NCBI GenBank assembly: GCA_963733895.1
Contig: CAVTEY010000009.1
Location: 497,369 to 561,368 of the forward strand
Origin: an uncultured Actinomycetota bacterium
GTDB lineage: Bacteria > Actinomycetota > Actinomycetes > Propionibacteriales > Nocardioidaceae
Direction of reading: 5' to 3'
Length of the DNA: 64,000 bases
Made by a program: the position numbers and the translations under genes
Notes under the pieces: model-generated
What the model was told of the DNA's origin: nothing
Databases searched by the model: none
The model's input: only the letters and a program-made list of their open reading frames with translations
Part shown: positions 11,968-21,744 of the stretch, one piece after another
How positions within the stretch are numbered: the first letter of the stretch is position 1
Layout: each line of letters opens with the position of its first letter

Positions 11968-11983
11968 CTAGAACACGTTCTAG
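11968..11983. promoter_or_regulatory. KstR-type operator overlapping a leaderless promoter
   Basis: CTAGAACACGTTCTAG contains TnnAACnnGTTnnA; overlaps the -10 TAGATT that lies 6 nt before the ATG at 11958. Confidence 0.8.
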
Positions 11984-12029
11984 CTGAGCGGAAGATCGCG
12001 ACCCGGGAAGGGTTGACGTGACGGCTCGG

Positions 12030-12062
12030 TTGACCATCATTGTTCTGGACCATTGGTATACC
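12030..12062 (+). promoter_or_regulatory. dre-like (DasR/GntR) operator next to a TTGACC -35 element
   Basis: TTGACC then ATTGTTCTGGACCATT (12039-12054), compared with dre A(G/C)TGGTCTAGACCA(G/C)T. Confidence 0.5.
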
Positions 12063-12075
12063 TACGGAGACACTC

Positions 12076-12297
12076 GTGCGCCATCCGCGAATCCTCGTGC
12101 CTGCCCCGACGTCAGACCAGGTCACCGGGACCGATGTCCAGCTCTCCATCGGGCGGGCGACGTACACGGTCCAGGTCTCGACGCAGGACCCCGCGTGGCA
12201 GGACCCTAGGGAGATGACTCGCCACCTGGAGTTCAACGGCGACGTCCCGGGGACCGCCGGCGTGCCGGGCATGACACCGGCCCGGGTCCGCCGATGA
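12076..12297 (+). CDS. Small hypothetical protein (73 aa)
   Basis: GGAG SD, GTG start, GC3-biased codons, ATGA overlap with the GntR gene. Confidence 0.55.
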   Translation: MRHPRILVPAPTSDQVTGTDVQLSIGRATYTVQVSTQDPAWQDPREMTRHLEFNGDVPGTAGVPGMTPARVRR

Positions 12298-13070
12298 CCG
12301 TCGCCGAGGGCGGGCGGGAGACCGTCAAGCAGCGCCAGGTCCGCGAGCAACTCGAGCTCCTGATCGCCACGCTCTCCCCTGGCGAGCCGCTCCCCGTCGA
12401 GCGCGACCTGGCGCGGGACCTCGGGGTCGCGCGGATGACCCTGCGGCGGGCGGTCGACGCCCTCGTCCTCGACTCGAAGCTCATCCGCCGACAGGGTTCG
12501 GGAACGTTCGTGGCGGCCAGGCGTGCTCACGACGTCACCCAGAGACTCACGGCGACGTCGTTCACGGCAGAGATGCGGGCACGCGGCCTGCGACCCGGCA
12601 GCCGCACGCTGTCCGCGCAACAGTCCGCCGCTGGCGTCATGCTCGCGTCGCTGCTCGAGATCCCCCCGCAGTCGAACGTCCTCCACGTGCGTCGGCTCCG
12701 CCTCGCCGACGACATCCCGATGGCGCTGGAGGACCTGCACGTGCCGCTCGACGTGACTCCCGGGCTCACCGGCGACGATCTCGAGGGGCGATCGTTCTAC
12801 GAGCTGCTCGCCGAGCAGTTCGGCACCCCGATCGCGTCCGGAACGCAGACGATCGAGCCCTGCGTGCTCACCGCGCAGGAGGCCGCGGACCTCGAGACCG
12901 AGCCCGGCAGCCCGGCCTTCCTGTTCGAGCGGACGTCGCGGGTGGCGAACGGGCAGATCGTGGAGTTCGTCCGGTCGCTGTACCGCGGAGATCGCTACCG
13001 GATCATGGTCGACATCTTCCCCACGGTGCCCGCGGATACGGATCGGATCCCTGCCGATCCGGTCTCTTGA
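12294..13070 (+). CDS. GntR (HutC/DasR-like, UTRA) transcriptional regulator
   Basis: LPVERDLARDLGVARMTLRRA HTH, RQGSGTFV, SLYRGDRY UTRA end. Confidence 0.92.
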   Translation: MTVAEGGRETVKQRQVREQLELLIATLSPGEPLPVERDLARDLGVARMTLRRAVDALVLDSKLIRRQGSGTFVAARRAHDVTQRLTATSFTAEMRARGLRPGSRTLSAQQSAAGVMLASLLEIPPQSNVLHVRRLRLADDIPMALEDLHVPLDVTPGLTGDDLEGRSFYELLAEQFGTPIASGTQTIEPCVLTAQEAADLETEPGSPAFLFERTSRVANGQIVEFVRSLYRGDRYRIMVDIFPTVPADTDRIPADPVS

Positions 13071-13187
13071 CCGGCCCTGCCCGAGCAATCGACTGTGGAC
13101 CTAGACCTATGGTCTGTTCCTCTCCACACCGATGAGCGGGCTCAGCCATGCGCGTACGGCGACCTGCCGGGGCGGTACGGCCGAACC

Positions 13188-13982
13188 TCAGACCTGGGTG
13201 ACCTTGACTCCGGCCGCCTCGAACTCGGCCACGACCGCGGGTTCGGCGCCGGAGTCGGTGATCAGCGCCTGGATCTGGTCGAGGGTGCAGATCCTGGCCA
13301 GCGCGACCTTGCCGAGCTTGGGTGAGGCCGCCACTGCGGTGACGCGCTGGGCCTTGGCCACCATCTCGGCGTTGATGCCGGACTCACCGAGGTGCACACA
13401 GCTCGCGCCCTCGGTGGCGCTCAGTCCGTCGACGCCGAGGAACAGGTGGTCGATCAGCAGGTCCTGCAGCACCCTGCTCGCAAACGGACCGTGCAGCTCG
13501 TAGGACTCGGGCCTGGCGACGCCGCCGATGACGACCGTGCGGACGGCGGGCCGAAGCACCATCTCGCTGGCGATGTTCAAGGCGTTCGTCACGATCGTCA
13601 CCGACTCGGGGCCGACCTCCTGGAGGTCGAGCCGCTGGGCCAGGTGCCGGGCGACCGCGCTGGTGGTCGTACCGCCGTTGAAGGCGATCACCGAGCGCGG
13701 CTGGACCAGGCTCGCCGCCGCCCGGGCGATCCGCTCCCTGGGGTCGTCCGGGGTGATCCGGTATCTCGCCGGCAGGTCGTAGGCGACCGACGTCGCCACC
13801 ACACCGCCGTGGGTCCGGGTGGCCAGCTGCTGCCGGGCCAGCTCGGTGAAGTCCCGCCGGACGGTGGCCGCCGACACCCCCAGCAGCGACGCCGCCTCCG
13901 CCACCGACAGCCGCCGACGCGCGGCCAGCGCGTCGAGCAGGAGCCGCCACCGGGTCGCCTGGTCCGCTGTCTCTGCCGTCAC
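13188..13982 (-). CDS. DeoR/GlpR family regulator (AgaR-like)
   Basis: VSAATVRRDF, RTHGG, NGGTTT, VTNALNIA. Confidence 0.92.
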   Translation of the reverse strand: MTAETADQATRWRLLLDALAARRRLSVAEAASLLGVSAATVRRDFTELARQQLATRTHGGVVATSVAYDLPARYRITPDDPRERIARAAASLVQPRSVIAFNGGTTTSAVARHLAQRLDLQEVGPESVTIVTNALNIASEMVLRPAVRTVVIGGVARPESYELHGPFASRVLQDLLIDHLFLGVDGLSATEGASCVHLGESGINAEMVAKAQRVTAVAASPKLGKVALARICTLDQIQALITDSGAEPAVVAEFEAAGVKVTQV

Positions 13983-15997
13983 TGCTCGCTCCTCTCGTCG
14001 CCCATCCGGAAGTCCAGCCGCCGTGGCAGTGGTCGGTCCGGGTGCACTCGCGCCCAGAGCCGGTCCAGCTCGCGCCCACCTTCGGCGAGGTCCTCGACCT
14101 CGAGGTCGTCGAGGATCGACGCGGCCCGGTCGATGCGATCGAGCGCGAGCAGGGCCCGCGCCTCGAGCAGCCGGGTCCGGCCGTGGCCACGCAGCCGTGC
14201 CGGCAGCGCTTCGACCACGGCGAGACAGTCCTCCGGGCGGCCGGCCTCGATCAGCAAGGTGAGCTCCTCGGTCGCCAGGGTCCGCGAGCCCGGCTCCAGC
14301 CGACGGGCGGCGGCATAGTGAGTCGCGGCCTCATCGACCCGTCCCGCGGCCGCGGCGAGCAGAGCCAGCCCGCGCAGGCCGCCCGCCGTCGGTCGCGCGC
14401 GGACGCTGCGGCGGTATGCCGCCCCGGCGCTCTCGTGGTGACCGCGAAGGTGGTGGTTGACGGCGGCGGCGAGGTCTGTCCACCAATGGCCGGACTGCAC
14501 GCGGAGGAGCTCGAACCAGCGGTCCGACACCGGGGGAACGGGCAGGCCAGCGGCCAACCGTTCGAGCTCGAACCGATCCCGCTGGACGAGCGCTACGGCG
14601 GCCGCGCTCGCGTCGGCGACCCTGGGGAACGGGAGGGCGGATCGGTGTGGCCACGGTTCCGGGCCGCGGAGCAGCAGTTCGGCGTAACCCCAACCGCTGC
14701 CTTCGGCGAGGATCTCGTCCGGGGCCGCGTCCGCCACTCCGTGCAACCAGCGCCGGTGGTGGCTCTCGAGCCGTTCCGCGGGCTGCCGGTCGTGCATCGC
14801 CGCGGCCGCGAGCGTCGTGGCTCGTTCGTAGTCACCGGCCACGACGTCGGGCGCGAGATCGATCGCGCCGAAGGACTCCGTCCACGAGGCCACTCCGTGA
14901 CCGATGAGCCGATCGTGCTCCAGCTGCGTGGGGCACGCGCCGGCCTGGATCTCGCAGTACCGGGCATCAGGCCCGCTCAGCCACTCCTGCCATCGGCTGC
15001 CGCCGGACCCGGCTCCCCAGAGGAACAGCTTGCGACCGGTCAGCGGCGCGGTCGAGGTCTGGCCGAAGCCGTGCCCGTCGGGCTCGACTGCGACCAGGAA
15101 CCGCCCGGTCTGGTCGCGCACGTCGTAGAAGTAGTCGGCCGAGTGCTCCGAGGCCATCGGCCGGCTGACGTCGATGTCCGGTGCATCGGGGAAGGGCATC
15201 CGCACCTGGGTCAGCGCACCCGACTCATCGCTGCGCCAGGCCTCTGCGGCTGGGCACAGCACCCGGCTGGCAGCGGTCTCCGGGACGGCGATGTTGGTCC
15301 AGTAGTAGAGCGGCTTGTCCTCCGGGTCCGGGTTGAGCACCCGTCCCGATGCCACGAGCTGGTCACCCGACAAGGTGAGGTCCACCTGCAGGACCAGGTC
15401 ACGAGTCCGCTCCCACTCCCACAGCCGGAGCACGTCGCCATCGGCTCGCCGGAGGACGCCCGCGTGGACCGGCCGCGACGACAGGCTGCTGTGGCCGGTG
15501 GAGCCGAGGTTCCACTCGATGCCCCCGGCGAACCATGCGCCGGTCAGCCCGAAGTTCGCGAACCGCAGCAGCGGGTTGACGTGCAGCAGCTCACGCCCGC
15601 GGGACTCGTCGTACAGCGACCACACCCGGCCGCCCAGACCCGGGAGGACCGTGGCGGTGACGACGCAGTTGGTGAGCTCGAGGGCGGGCAGGTCGATCGC
15701 GGCGGTCGTCCGGTCGTAGTCGTCGTGCACGGCGTAGGGCAGCGGTGAGCCCAGGCGGCCGTACTCGACGCGTTCTCGCATGTCGGCCGGCATTCCGGCA
15801 CCGGCCGCCACCGCCGGCAGTGGCCGCAACGGCTCGAACGCGGGCACGATGCTCTCTGCCCCGGGACCCGATCCCCGCACGGTCAGGGTCGTCGCCCGGA
15901 CCCGTGCGGGGGAATCGGCAGGCGGCAGGCGGTCCGCGGCAGCGGCGGCGTCCCGAGCGCTGGAGATGACGACCTCCCGATGATCGGTTTTGCTCAT
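13979..15997 (-). CDS. DUF5107-like protein with C-terminal TPR region
   Basis: LPGLGGRVWSL, NPLLRFANFGLTGAWFAGGIEWN, YYWTNIAVP, GRKLFLWG, YCEIQAG; start uncertain, the 965-aa track ORF is over-extended. Confidence 0.75.
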   Translation of the reverse strand: MSKTDHREVVISSARDAAAAADRLPPADSPARVRATTLTVRGSGPGAESIVPAFEPLRPLPAVAAGAGMPADMRERVEYGRLGSPLPYAVHDDYDRTTAAIDLPALELTNCVVTATVLPGLGGRVWSLYDESRGRELLHVNPLLRFANFGLTGAWFAGGIEWNLGSTGHSSLSSRPVHAGVLRRADGDVLRLWEWERTRDLVLQVDLTLSGDQLVASGRVLNPDPEDKPLYYWTNIAVPETAASRVLCPAAEAWRSDESGALTQVRMPFPDAPDIDVSRPMASEHSADYFYDVRDQTGRFLVAVEPDGHGFGQTSTAPLTGRKLFLWGAGSGGSRWQEWLSGPDARYCEIQAGACPTQLEHDRLIGHGVASWTESFGAIDLAPDVVAGDYERATTLAAAAMHDRQPAERLESHHRRWLHGVADAAPDEILAEGSGWGYAELLLRGPEPWPHRSALPFPRVADASAAAVALVQRDRFELERLAAGLPVPPVSDRWFELLRVQSGHWWTDLAAAVNHHLRGHHESAGAAYRRSVRARPTAGGLRGLALLAAAAGRVDEAATHYAAARRLEPGSRTLATEELTLLIEAGRPEDCLAVVEALPARLRGHGRTRLLEARALLALDRIDRAASILDDLEVEDLAEGGRELDRLWARVHPDRPLPRRLDFRMGDERSEQ

Positions 15998-16010
15998 CTT
16001 GGCATACGGA

Positions 16011-16045
16011 TTGACAAGTTCGATCAGCTCTCGAAGGATTGACTC
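16011..16045 (+). promoter_or_regulatory. Leaderless promoter of the SIS-ROK-nagA-pfkB-aldolase operon
   Basis: TTGACA-N17-AAGGAT-N6-GTG(16046). Confidence 0.55.
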
Positions 16046-16963
16046 GTGGATGTCCTCTCGCAGAGCCCCGCCCTGGCCACCGAGGTCGCCACCCAGCCGG
16101 ACAACTGGCTGGAGGCCGCCGACCTCGCCCGTGAGTCCGCCACACTGTTGCCGGCACCGGGCGAGCGGGTCGCGATCCTGGGGTGCGGCTCCTCGCTGTA
16201 CGTCGCCCGCGCGATCGCCGCGATCCGCGAGTCGGCCGGCCTGGGCGTGACCGATGCCTGGCCGGGAGGCGAGCCGCGCCTCGACCGGGACTACGACCGG
16301 GTGCTCGCGATCAGCCGTTCGGGCACCACGACGGAGATCCTTCGGGCGCTCGAAGGCCTGCGCGACCGGACGCCGGTCACCGTCATCACGGCCGACACCA
16401 ACACGCCCATCGTCGAGCTCGGCGAGGTCATCTCGCTGGAGCACATCGACGAGCAGGCGGTCGTCCAGTCGCGCACCGCCACGACCGCGATCGCCCTGTT
16501 GCGCTGGCATCTCGGGCACGACCTCACTCGCGCCGCCAGCGAGGCGCGTGAGCTGCTGGCGATCAGCGACGACGACGTGGCGGCGCACCACCTCGCCGAG
16601 GTGCGCCACGCCGAACAGATCTCGTTCGTCGGGATGGGCTGGGGGTTCGCCCTCGCCGAAGAGGCGTCTCTCAAGCTCAAGGAGTCCACCCAGTCGTGGA
16701 CGGATTCCTACTCCATGACCGAGTACCGCCACGGGCCGATCTCGATCTCCGCCCCCGGGCGGGCCGTGTGGGCGTTCGGGCCGCTGGTCCCGGACTTCGC
16801 CCGTGACGTCGCCGTCACCGGGGCCCACCTGGTCACCTCCGACCGCGACCCGCTCGCGGAGCTCGTCCTCGTCCACCGGTTGTGCCTGCTGCGGGGCGCG
16901 GATCGAGGACTCGACCCCGGAAAGCCCCGAAACCTGAGCCGTTCCATCATCCTTGACTCGTGA
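16046..16963 (+). CDS. SIS-domain hexosamine-6-phosphate deaminase/isomerase (AgaS-like)
   Basis: GCGSS, ISRSGTTTE, EASLKLKE, EYRHGP, PRNLSRS (double SIS, GlmS/AgaS type). Confidence 0.85.
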   Translation: MDVLSQSPALATEVATQPDNWLEAADLARESATLLPAPGERVAILGCGSSLYVARAIAAIRESAGLGVTDAWPGGEPRLDRDYDRVLAISRSGTTTEILRALEGLRDRTPVTVITADTNTPIVELGEVISLEHIDEQAVVQSRTATTAIALLRWHLGHDLTRAASEARELLAISDDDVAAHHLAEVRHAEQISFVGMGWGFALAEEASLKLKESTQSWTDSYSMTEYRHGPISISAPGRAVWAFGPLVPDFARDVAVTGAHLVTSDRDPLAELVLVHRLCLLRGADRGLDPGKPRNLSRSIILDS

Positions 16964-17877
16964 CGTCCTCCGACGCTGTGCCCGACACGGCCGTCGCCAT
17001 CGATGTCGGCGGCACCACGATCAAGGGTGAGCTCGTCGACCGTGCCGGTCGCGTCCTGGCCACGGCCCGCCGCCCCACCCCCGGCAGCGACGGCGCCCTG
17101 GTTGCGATCGGCGAGCTGGGTGACGAGCTGCTCGGACAGGCCGGGACACGCGGCGTCGCCGGGGTCGGTGTCGTGGTGCCGGGCCTGGTCGACCCGCGGG
17201 CCGGGGTGGCGACGTACAGCGCCAACATCGGCTGGCGGGACCTGCAGCTGACGGAGCCGCTCGCTGCGCGCTGGCGGACCTCGGTGCGGCTCGGGCACGA
17301 CGTCGCGGCCGCAGCCGCGGCCGAGACCCGGCATGGCGCCGGTCGAGGCGAGAGCCATGTGGCGTTCGTCGTGATCGGGACCGGCATCGCGGCGGCCGTG
17401 GTCTCGGGCGGCCGGTTGGTGTCCGGACCGCGTGGGGAGATCGCCGAGCTGGGGCATGTGCCGGTCCGCACCGCCCCCCGCTGCGCGTGCGGTGGCGACG
17501 GATGCCTGGAAGCGGTGGCGTCCGCCTCCGCCATCGCCGAGCGCTACAGCGAGCTCAGCGGCGAGACCACGCACGGTGCGGCGGACGTGGTCGCGCGGCT
17601 GCACTCCGATCCCGTGGCCCGAGAGGTGTGGCAGGACGCGATCGAGGCGCTGGCCGACGGCATCGCCGTACTGTCCCTGCTCGCCTCCCCCGAGGTCGTG
17701 GTCGTGGGCGGCGGCCTCGCGGTCGCCGGACCGGACCTGATCGACCCGCTGGGCCATGCCGTCAAGCAGCGCACCCGCGTCGTGGCGCCGGCTCGGGTCG
17801 CTGCGGCGCAGCTCGGGGACCGCGGCGGCGTGGTCGGCGCGGCACTGCTGGCCTTCGACGAGTGGACGACCAGATGA
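16960..17877 (+). CDS. ROK family sugar kinase
   Basis: DVGGT, IGTGI, ELGH, CACGGDGCLE. Confidence 0.9.
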   Translation: MTSSDAVPDTAVAIDVGGTTIKGELVDRAGRVLATARRPTPGSDGALVAIGELGDELLGQAGTRGVAGVGVVVPGLVDPRAGVATYSANIGWRDLQLTEPLAARWRTSVRLGHDVAAAAAAETRHGAGRGESHVAFVVIGTGIAAAVVSGGRLVSGPRGEIAELGHVPVRTAPRCACGGDGCLEAVASASAIAERYSELSGETTHGAADVVARLHSDPVAREVWQDAIEALADGIAVLSLLASPEVVVVGGGLAVAGPDLIDPLGHAVKQRTRVVAPARVAAAQLGDRGGVVGAALLAFDEWTTR

Positions 17878-19046
17878 GCCCCACGGACGTGCCCCTCGTG
17901 ACGAACCCCCGCGTTCTGGGCGGTCGGCTGGTCCTCGAGGACCGCGTCATCGAGGACGGCGTCGTGGCGATCGAGGGCAGCCGGCTCTCGTACGTCGGCC
18001 CCGCAGCCGGGTGGACCGGGGAGCCGGCGCAGCCGTCGGGCACCATCGCACCAGGATTCGTCGACATCCACTGCCACGGCGGTGGCGGGCACACGGTCAC
18101 CACCGGCGACGCCGCCGACGTCGCCGACGTCGGGCTGCACCATCTGCGGCACGGGACGACCGCCATGCTGGCCTCACTGGTCAGCGCTCCGGACGCCGAG
18201 ATCGAGGCGGGGGTGCTCGCGATCGCCGAGGTGGCCGAGTCCGGCGCGTCCGTGCTGGGCAGCCACCTCGAGGGACCCTTCCTCGGCCCGGGCCATCGCG
18301 GGGCGCACGACCCGGCCCACCTGCGCGCGCCCGACCTGGCCGCGATGAAGCGATGGCTGGCGTCCGGGCACGGCACCGTGCGGATGGTCACCCTGGCGCC
18401 CGAGCTGCCGGGCTCCGAGGCCCTGTCGGACCTGGTGGCCGGCGCCGGGTGTCTGGTCGCACTGGGGCACACCGACGCCGACGCCGCGACCTTCGGAGCC
18501 GCGCTGGCAGGCGACTCGGTCTCCGTCGTCACTCATCTGTTCAACGGAATGGCCCCGATGCACCACCGCGAACCCGGCCCCGTGGCCGCCAGCCTGGCCG
18601 CCCTCGCAGCCGGGGACGCCCACGTGGAGCTGATCGCGGACGGGACCCACCTGGCCGACGGGATCATCGCGCTGGCCTTCGCCCTGGACCCGGGCGACCG
18701 AGTCGTCCTGGTCAGTGACGCGATGGGCGCCGCGGGCATGGACGACGGCGACTACGAGCTGGGCACGACGACGGTTCGGGTCATCGACGGGACGGCCTGG
18801 ACGACGACCGAGCCGCCATCCATCGCCGGCTCCACCGTGCACCTGGCCGACGTCGTACGCCGGTGCATCACTGCGACGGAGCTCGACCCGGTCCGCGTCA
18901 TCCGGGCCGCCACGGCAACCCCGGCGCGGCTCCTCGGTCTGGGCGACCGCGGTCGGCTCGCAACCGGCCTGCGCGCCGACCTCGTGACCCTCGACGAGGC
19001 GTGGCGGGTGACGGGTGTCATTCGAGGCGGGCAGCCGCTCTCGTGA
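17874..19046 (+). CDS. nagA: N-acetylhexosamine-6-phosphate deacetylase (NagA/AgaA)
   Basis: PGFVDIHCHG, HLEGPF, TLAPE, THLFNGM, ADGTH, SDAM. Confidence 0.92.
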   Translation: MSPTDVPLVTNPRVLGGRLVLEDRVIEDGVVAIEGSRLSYVGPAAGWTGEPAQPSGTIAPGFVDIHCHGGGGHTVTTGDAADVADVGLHHLRHGTTAMLASLVSAPDAEIEAGVLAIAEVAESGASVLGSHLEGPFLGPGHRGAHDPAHLRAPDLAAMKRWLASGHGTVRMVTLAPELPGSEALSDLVAGAGCLVALGHTDADAATFGAALAGDSVSVVTHLFNGMAPMHHREPGPVAASLAALAAGDAHVELIADGTHLADGIIALAFALDPGDRVVLVSDAMGAAGMDDGDYELGTTTVRVIDGTAWTTTEPPSIAGSTVHLADVVRRCITATELDPVRVIRAATATPARLLGLGDRGRLATGLRADLVTLDEAWRVTGVIRGGQPLS

Positions 19047-19984
19047 TCGTGACGGTGACTCCGAACCCCGCCTACGACACCACCTACGAGATCCCGGCGC
19101 TGGTCCCGGGTGAGGTCCATCGCGTCTCCACCACCCACCTGGGGCCGGGTGGCAAGGGCATCAACGTCGCCTCCGTGCTGCTCCAGCTCGGGTCGGAGGT
19201 CACCGCGACCGGCTTCGCCTCCGATGCCTTCGCCGTCGAGGTGGCCCGGCTGGGCATCCCACAGCGGTTCGTCACCGCGCTGCCGCACGTACGCCGCACC
19301 GTGGCGGTGGTCGAGCCGCAGCGCACCACCTCTCTGTGGGAGCCGGGGGTACCGCCGCCCGATCCACCGGCCGCCGTCAGCGAGCTCTGCCGCGCGGTGG
19401 ACGAGCTGATGACCGACGCGCGCTGCCTGGTGGTCTCCGGGAGTCTCCCTCCCGAGACACCACTCGGCCTGCCCGCCGACCTCGCGCAGGCCGCGCTGCG
19501 GCGCGGAGTGCCGGCGCTGGTGGACACGTCGGGTGAGGCGCTCCGGCTGGCCTCCGTCGTGCGCGGGGTCGTCCTGATGCCCAACGCCGACGAGCTCACC
19601 GAGCTGACCGGTGCCGGCTCGACCGTCGACGAGGTCGTGGCCGCCAGTCGCTCCCTCGTCGAGGGCGGAGTGGCGGCCGTCTACGCGACGCGTGGCGCGG
19701 ACGGTCTGGTGGTGACGACCAACGCCGGCAGTTGGGTGGTGGCCTCGCCGGTCGACGTACCCGGCAATCCGACGGGAGCCGGCGACGCGGCCGCCGCCGG
19801 CGTCGCCCATGGCCTGGCCAGTGGCCGCCCGCACCACGAGATCGCGGAGCTGGCCGTCGCGGTGTCGGCCGCCGCGGTCGCCGAGCCGGTGGCCGGGAGG
19901 CTCGACGTCGAGATGCAGCGCCTCGTGCACGACCGGGTCATCACGAGACCATGGGTCGACGCCCGGGATGGAGACTCGCGGTGA
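19043..19984 (+). CDS. PfkB family hexose-phosphate kinase (LacC/FruK-like, probable tagatose-6-P kinase)
   Basis: TVTPNPAYD, GGKGINVA, SGSLP, PNADE, NPTGAGD. Confidence 0.88.
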   Translation: MIVTVTPNPAYDTTYEIPALVPGEVHRVSTTHLGPGGKGINVASVLLQLGSEVTATGFASDAFAVEVARLGIPQRFVTALPHVRRTVAVVEPQRTTSLWEPGVPPPDPPAAVSELCRAVDELMTDARCLVVSGSLPPETPLGLPADLAQAALRRGVPALVDTSGEALRLASVVRGVVLMPNADELTELTGAGSTVDEVVAASRSLVEGGVAAVYATRGADGLVVTTNAGSWVVASPVDVPGNPTGAGDAAAAGVAHGLASGRPHHEIAELAVAVSAAAVAEPVAGRLDVEMQRLVHDRVITRPWVDARDGDSR

Positions 19985-20814
19985 CCATCGCCCGGATGAA
20001 GGACCTGGCCGCGGCGGCGCGCGCTGCGGGCACCGGCATCGGTGCCTTCAACGTGATCCAGCTCGAGCATGCGGAGGCGATCGTCACGGGTGCCGAGCGG
20101 GCTGGACGGCCGGTGATCCTGCAGGTCTCCGAGAACACCGTCGACTACCACGGGTCCCTCGCTCCCCTGGCGAGCGCGGTGCTTGCCATCGCCGAGGAGT
20201 CGGCGACCGGCGTCGTCGTCCACCTGGACCACGCGACCCGGCCCGAGCTGGTGACCGAGGCCATCGGTATGGGACTGAACTCGGTCATGTTCGACGCGTC
20301 CGCACGTGACCACGCCGCCAACGTCGCGGCGACCTCAGACGTCGTGGGCCAGGCGCACGCGACGGGTGTCTGGGTGGAGGCAGAGCTCGGCGAGGTCGGC
20401 GGGAAGGACGGTGTCCACGCGCCCGGTGCCCGCACCGACCCGGACGAGGCATCGGCGTACGTCGCCGCAACGGGAGTGGACGCCCTGGCCGTCGCCGTCG
20501 GATCGAGCCACGCGATGCTCACCCGCGAAGCCGTGCTCGACGACGAGCTGATCCGCGTCCTTGCCGACGCCGTGCCGGTGCCGTTGGTGCTGCACGGCTC
20601 GTCCGGCGTGCCGGACGAGGGACTGCGGAGCGCGGTCCGTCACGGGATGCGCAAGATCAACATCTCCACCCACCTCAACGCGGTGATGGCGGCCGCTGTC
20701 CGCGATGCTCTGACCGACGAACAGCTCGTCGACCCGCGCAAGTACCTCGGACCCGGCCGGGATGCCGTGGCTCACGAGGTCGAACGGCTGTTGCGGCTCC
20801 TCGGGTCGCCCTAG
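19981..20814 (+). CDS. Class II fructose/tagatose-bisphosphate aldolase
   Basis: GAFNV, HLDH, SVMFDAS, EAELG, VLHGSSG, KINIST, DPRKYL. Confidence 0.92.
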   Translation: MTIARMKDLAAAARAAGTGIGAFNVIQLEHAEAIVTGAERAGRPVILQVSENTVDYHGSLAPLASAVLAIAEESATGVVVHLDHATRPELVTEAIGMGLNSVMFDASARDHAANVAATSDVVGQAHATGVWVEAELGEVGGKDGVHAPGARTDPDEASAYVAATGVDALAVAVGSSHAMLTREAVLDDELIRVLADAVPVPLVLHGSSGVPDEGLRSAVRHGMRKINISTHLNAVMAAAVRDALTDEQLVDPRKYLGPGRDAVAHEVERLLRLLGSP

Positions 20815-20825
20815 GAGGCGAGCGG

Positions 20826-21733
20826 CTACTTCAGCGTGCCGCTGGTGAGCCCCGCCTGGATCTGGCGATAGAAGATCAGGTAGACGACGACGACCGGCAG
20901 CATCGCGATCGCCAGCGCCGCGAACAGCGCGCCCCAGTCGCCCTCGTAGCGCTGGCTGGCCAGCAGTTGGCGATGCCCTGCGCGAGCACCGGCTTCTCGG
21001 GAGAGAGGAACGCCGGCAGGACGAACTGGTTCCACTGCCCGAGCACGTTGAAGATGCCGATGCTCAGCAGGCCGGGCTTGGCCATCGGCAGCATCACCCG
21101 GAAGAAGACGCGCGGTGTGCGAGCAGCCGTCCATGATCGCCGCCTCGGCGACCTCGGTCGGCAAGCGTCCGGAAGAAGGCGTGCATGAAGAAGACCGTGA
21201 ACGGCAGGGAGTACGCGACGTACACCAGGATCAGGCCCTGGTAGGTCGACAGCATGCCGAGGTTCTCCACGACGAAGAACAGCGGCACGATCGCGAGGAA
21301 GACCGGGAACATCATGCCGGCTGCGAACAGGTAGTAGATGAACCGGTTGCCGCGGAAGTCGTAGCGCGCCAGGACGTAGGCGGCCATCGAGCCGAACAGC
21401 ATGGTCAGGACCACGCCGCCGGTGACGACGACGATGCTGTTGAGCGAGGTACTCGCCGACGCCCTTGTCCCAGGCCCGGCTGAAGTTGTTCCACTGCAGG
21501 TCTCCGGGAGCGACCACGGGTCCGCGAAGATCTCGCGCGATGTCTTGGGCGAGGCGACCAGCGCCCAGACGAAGGGCACCATGACCAGGATCGACCAGCC
21601 GACGAGGACGGCGTGGGAGAAGACGTTGATGCGACGTCTCCGCCGCTGTGCCCGCCGGTGCGCCGTCCCGTCGCGGCGCCGGCGGCTGGCCCCGGTCCGA
21701 TCGCGGGGGCTCGGTGGTCGCGGTCATCGTCAT
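20826..21733 (-). CDS. ngcG: Carbohydrate ABC permease (NgcG-like; frameshifted)
   Basis: EAAIMDG EAA loop, MAAYVLARYDF, GQWNQF, QIQAGLTSGTLK. Confidence 0.8.
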
Positions 21734-21744
21734 CGGCACACCGC

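Noticed and set aside
15998-16876. N-terminal 293 aa of the 965-aa ORF
   Set aside because: Antisense to the SIS gene; DUF5107-like motifs begin only after about 15997
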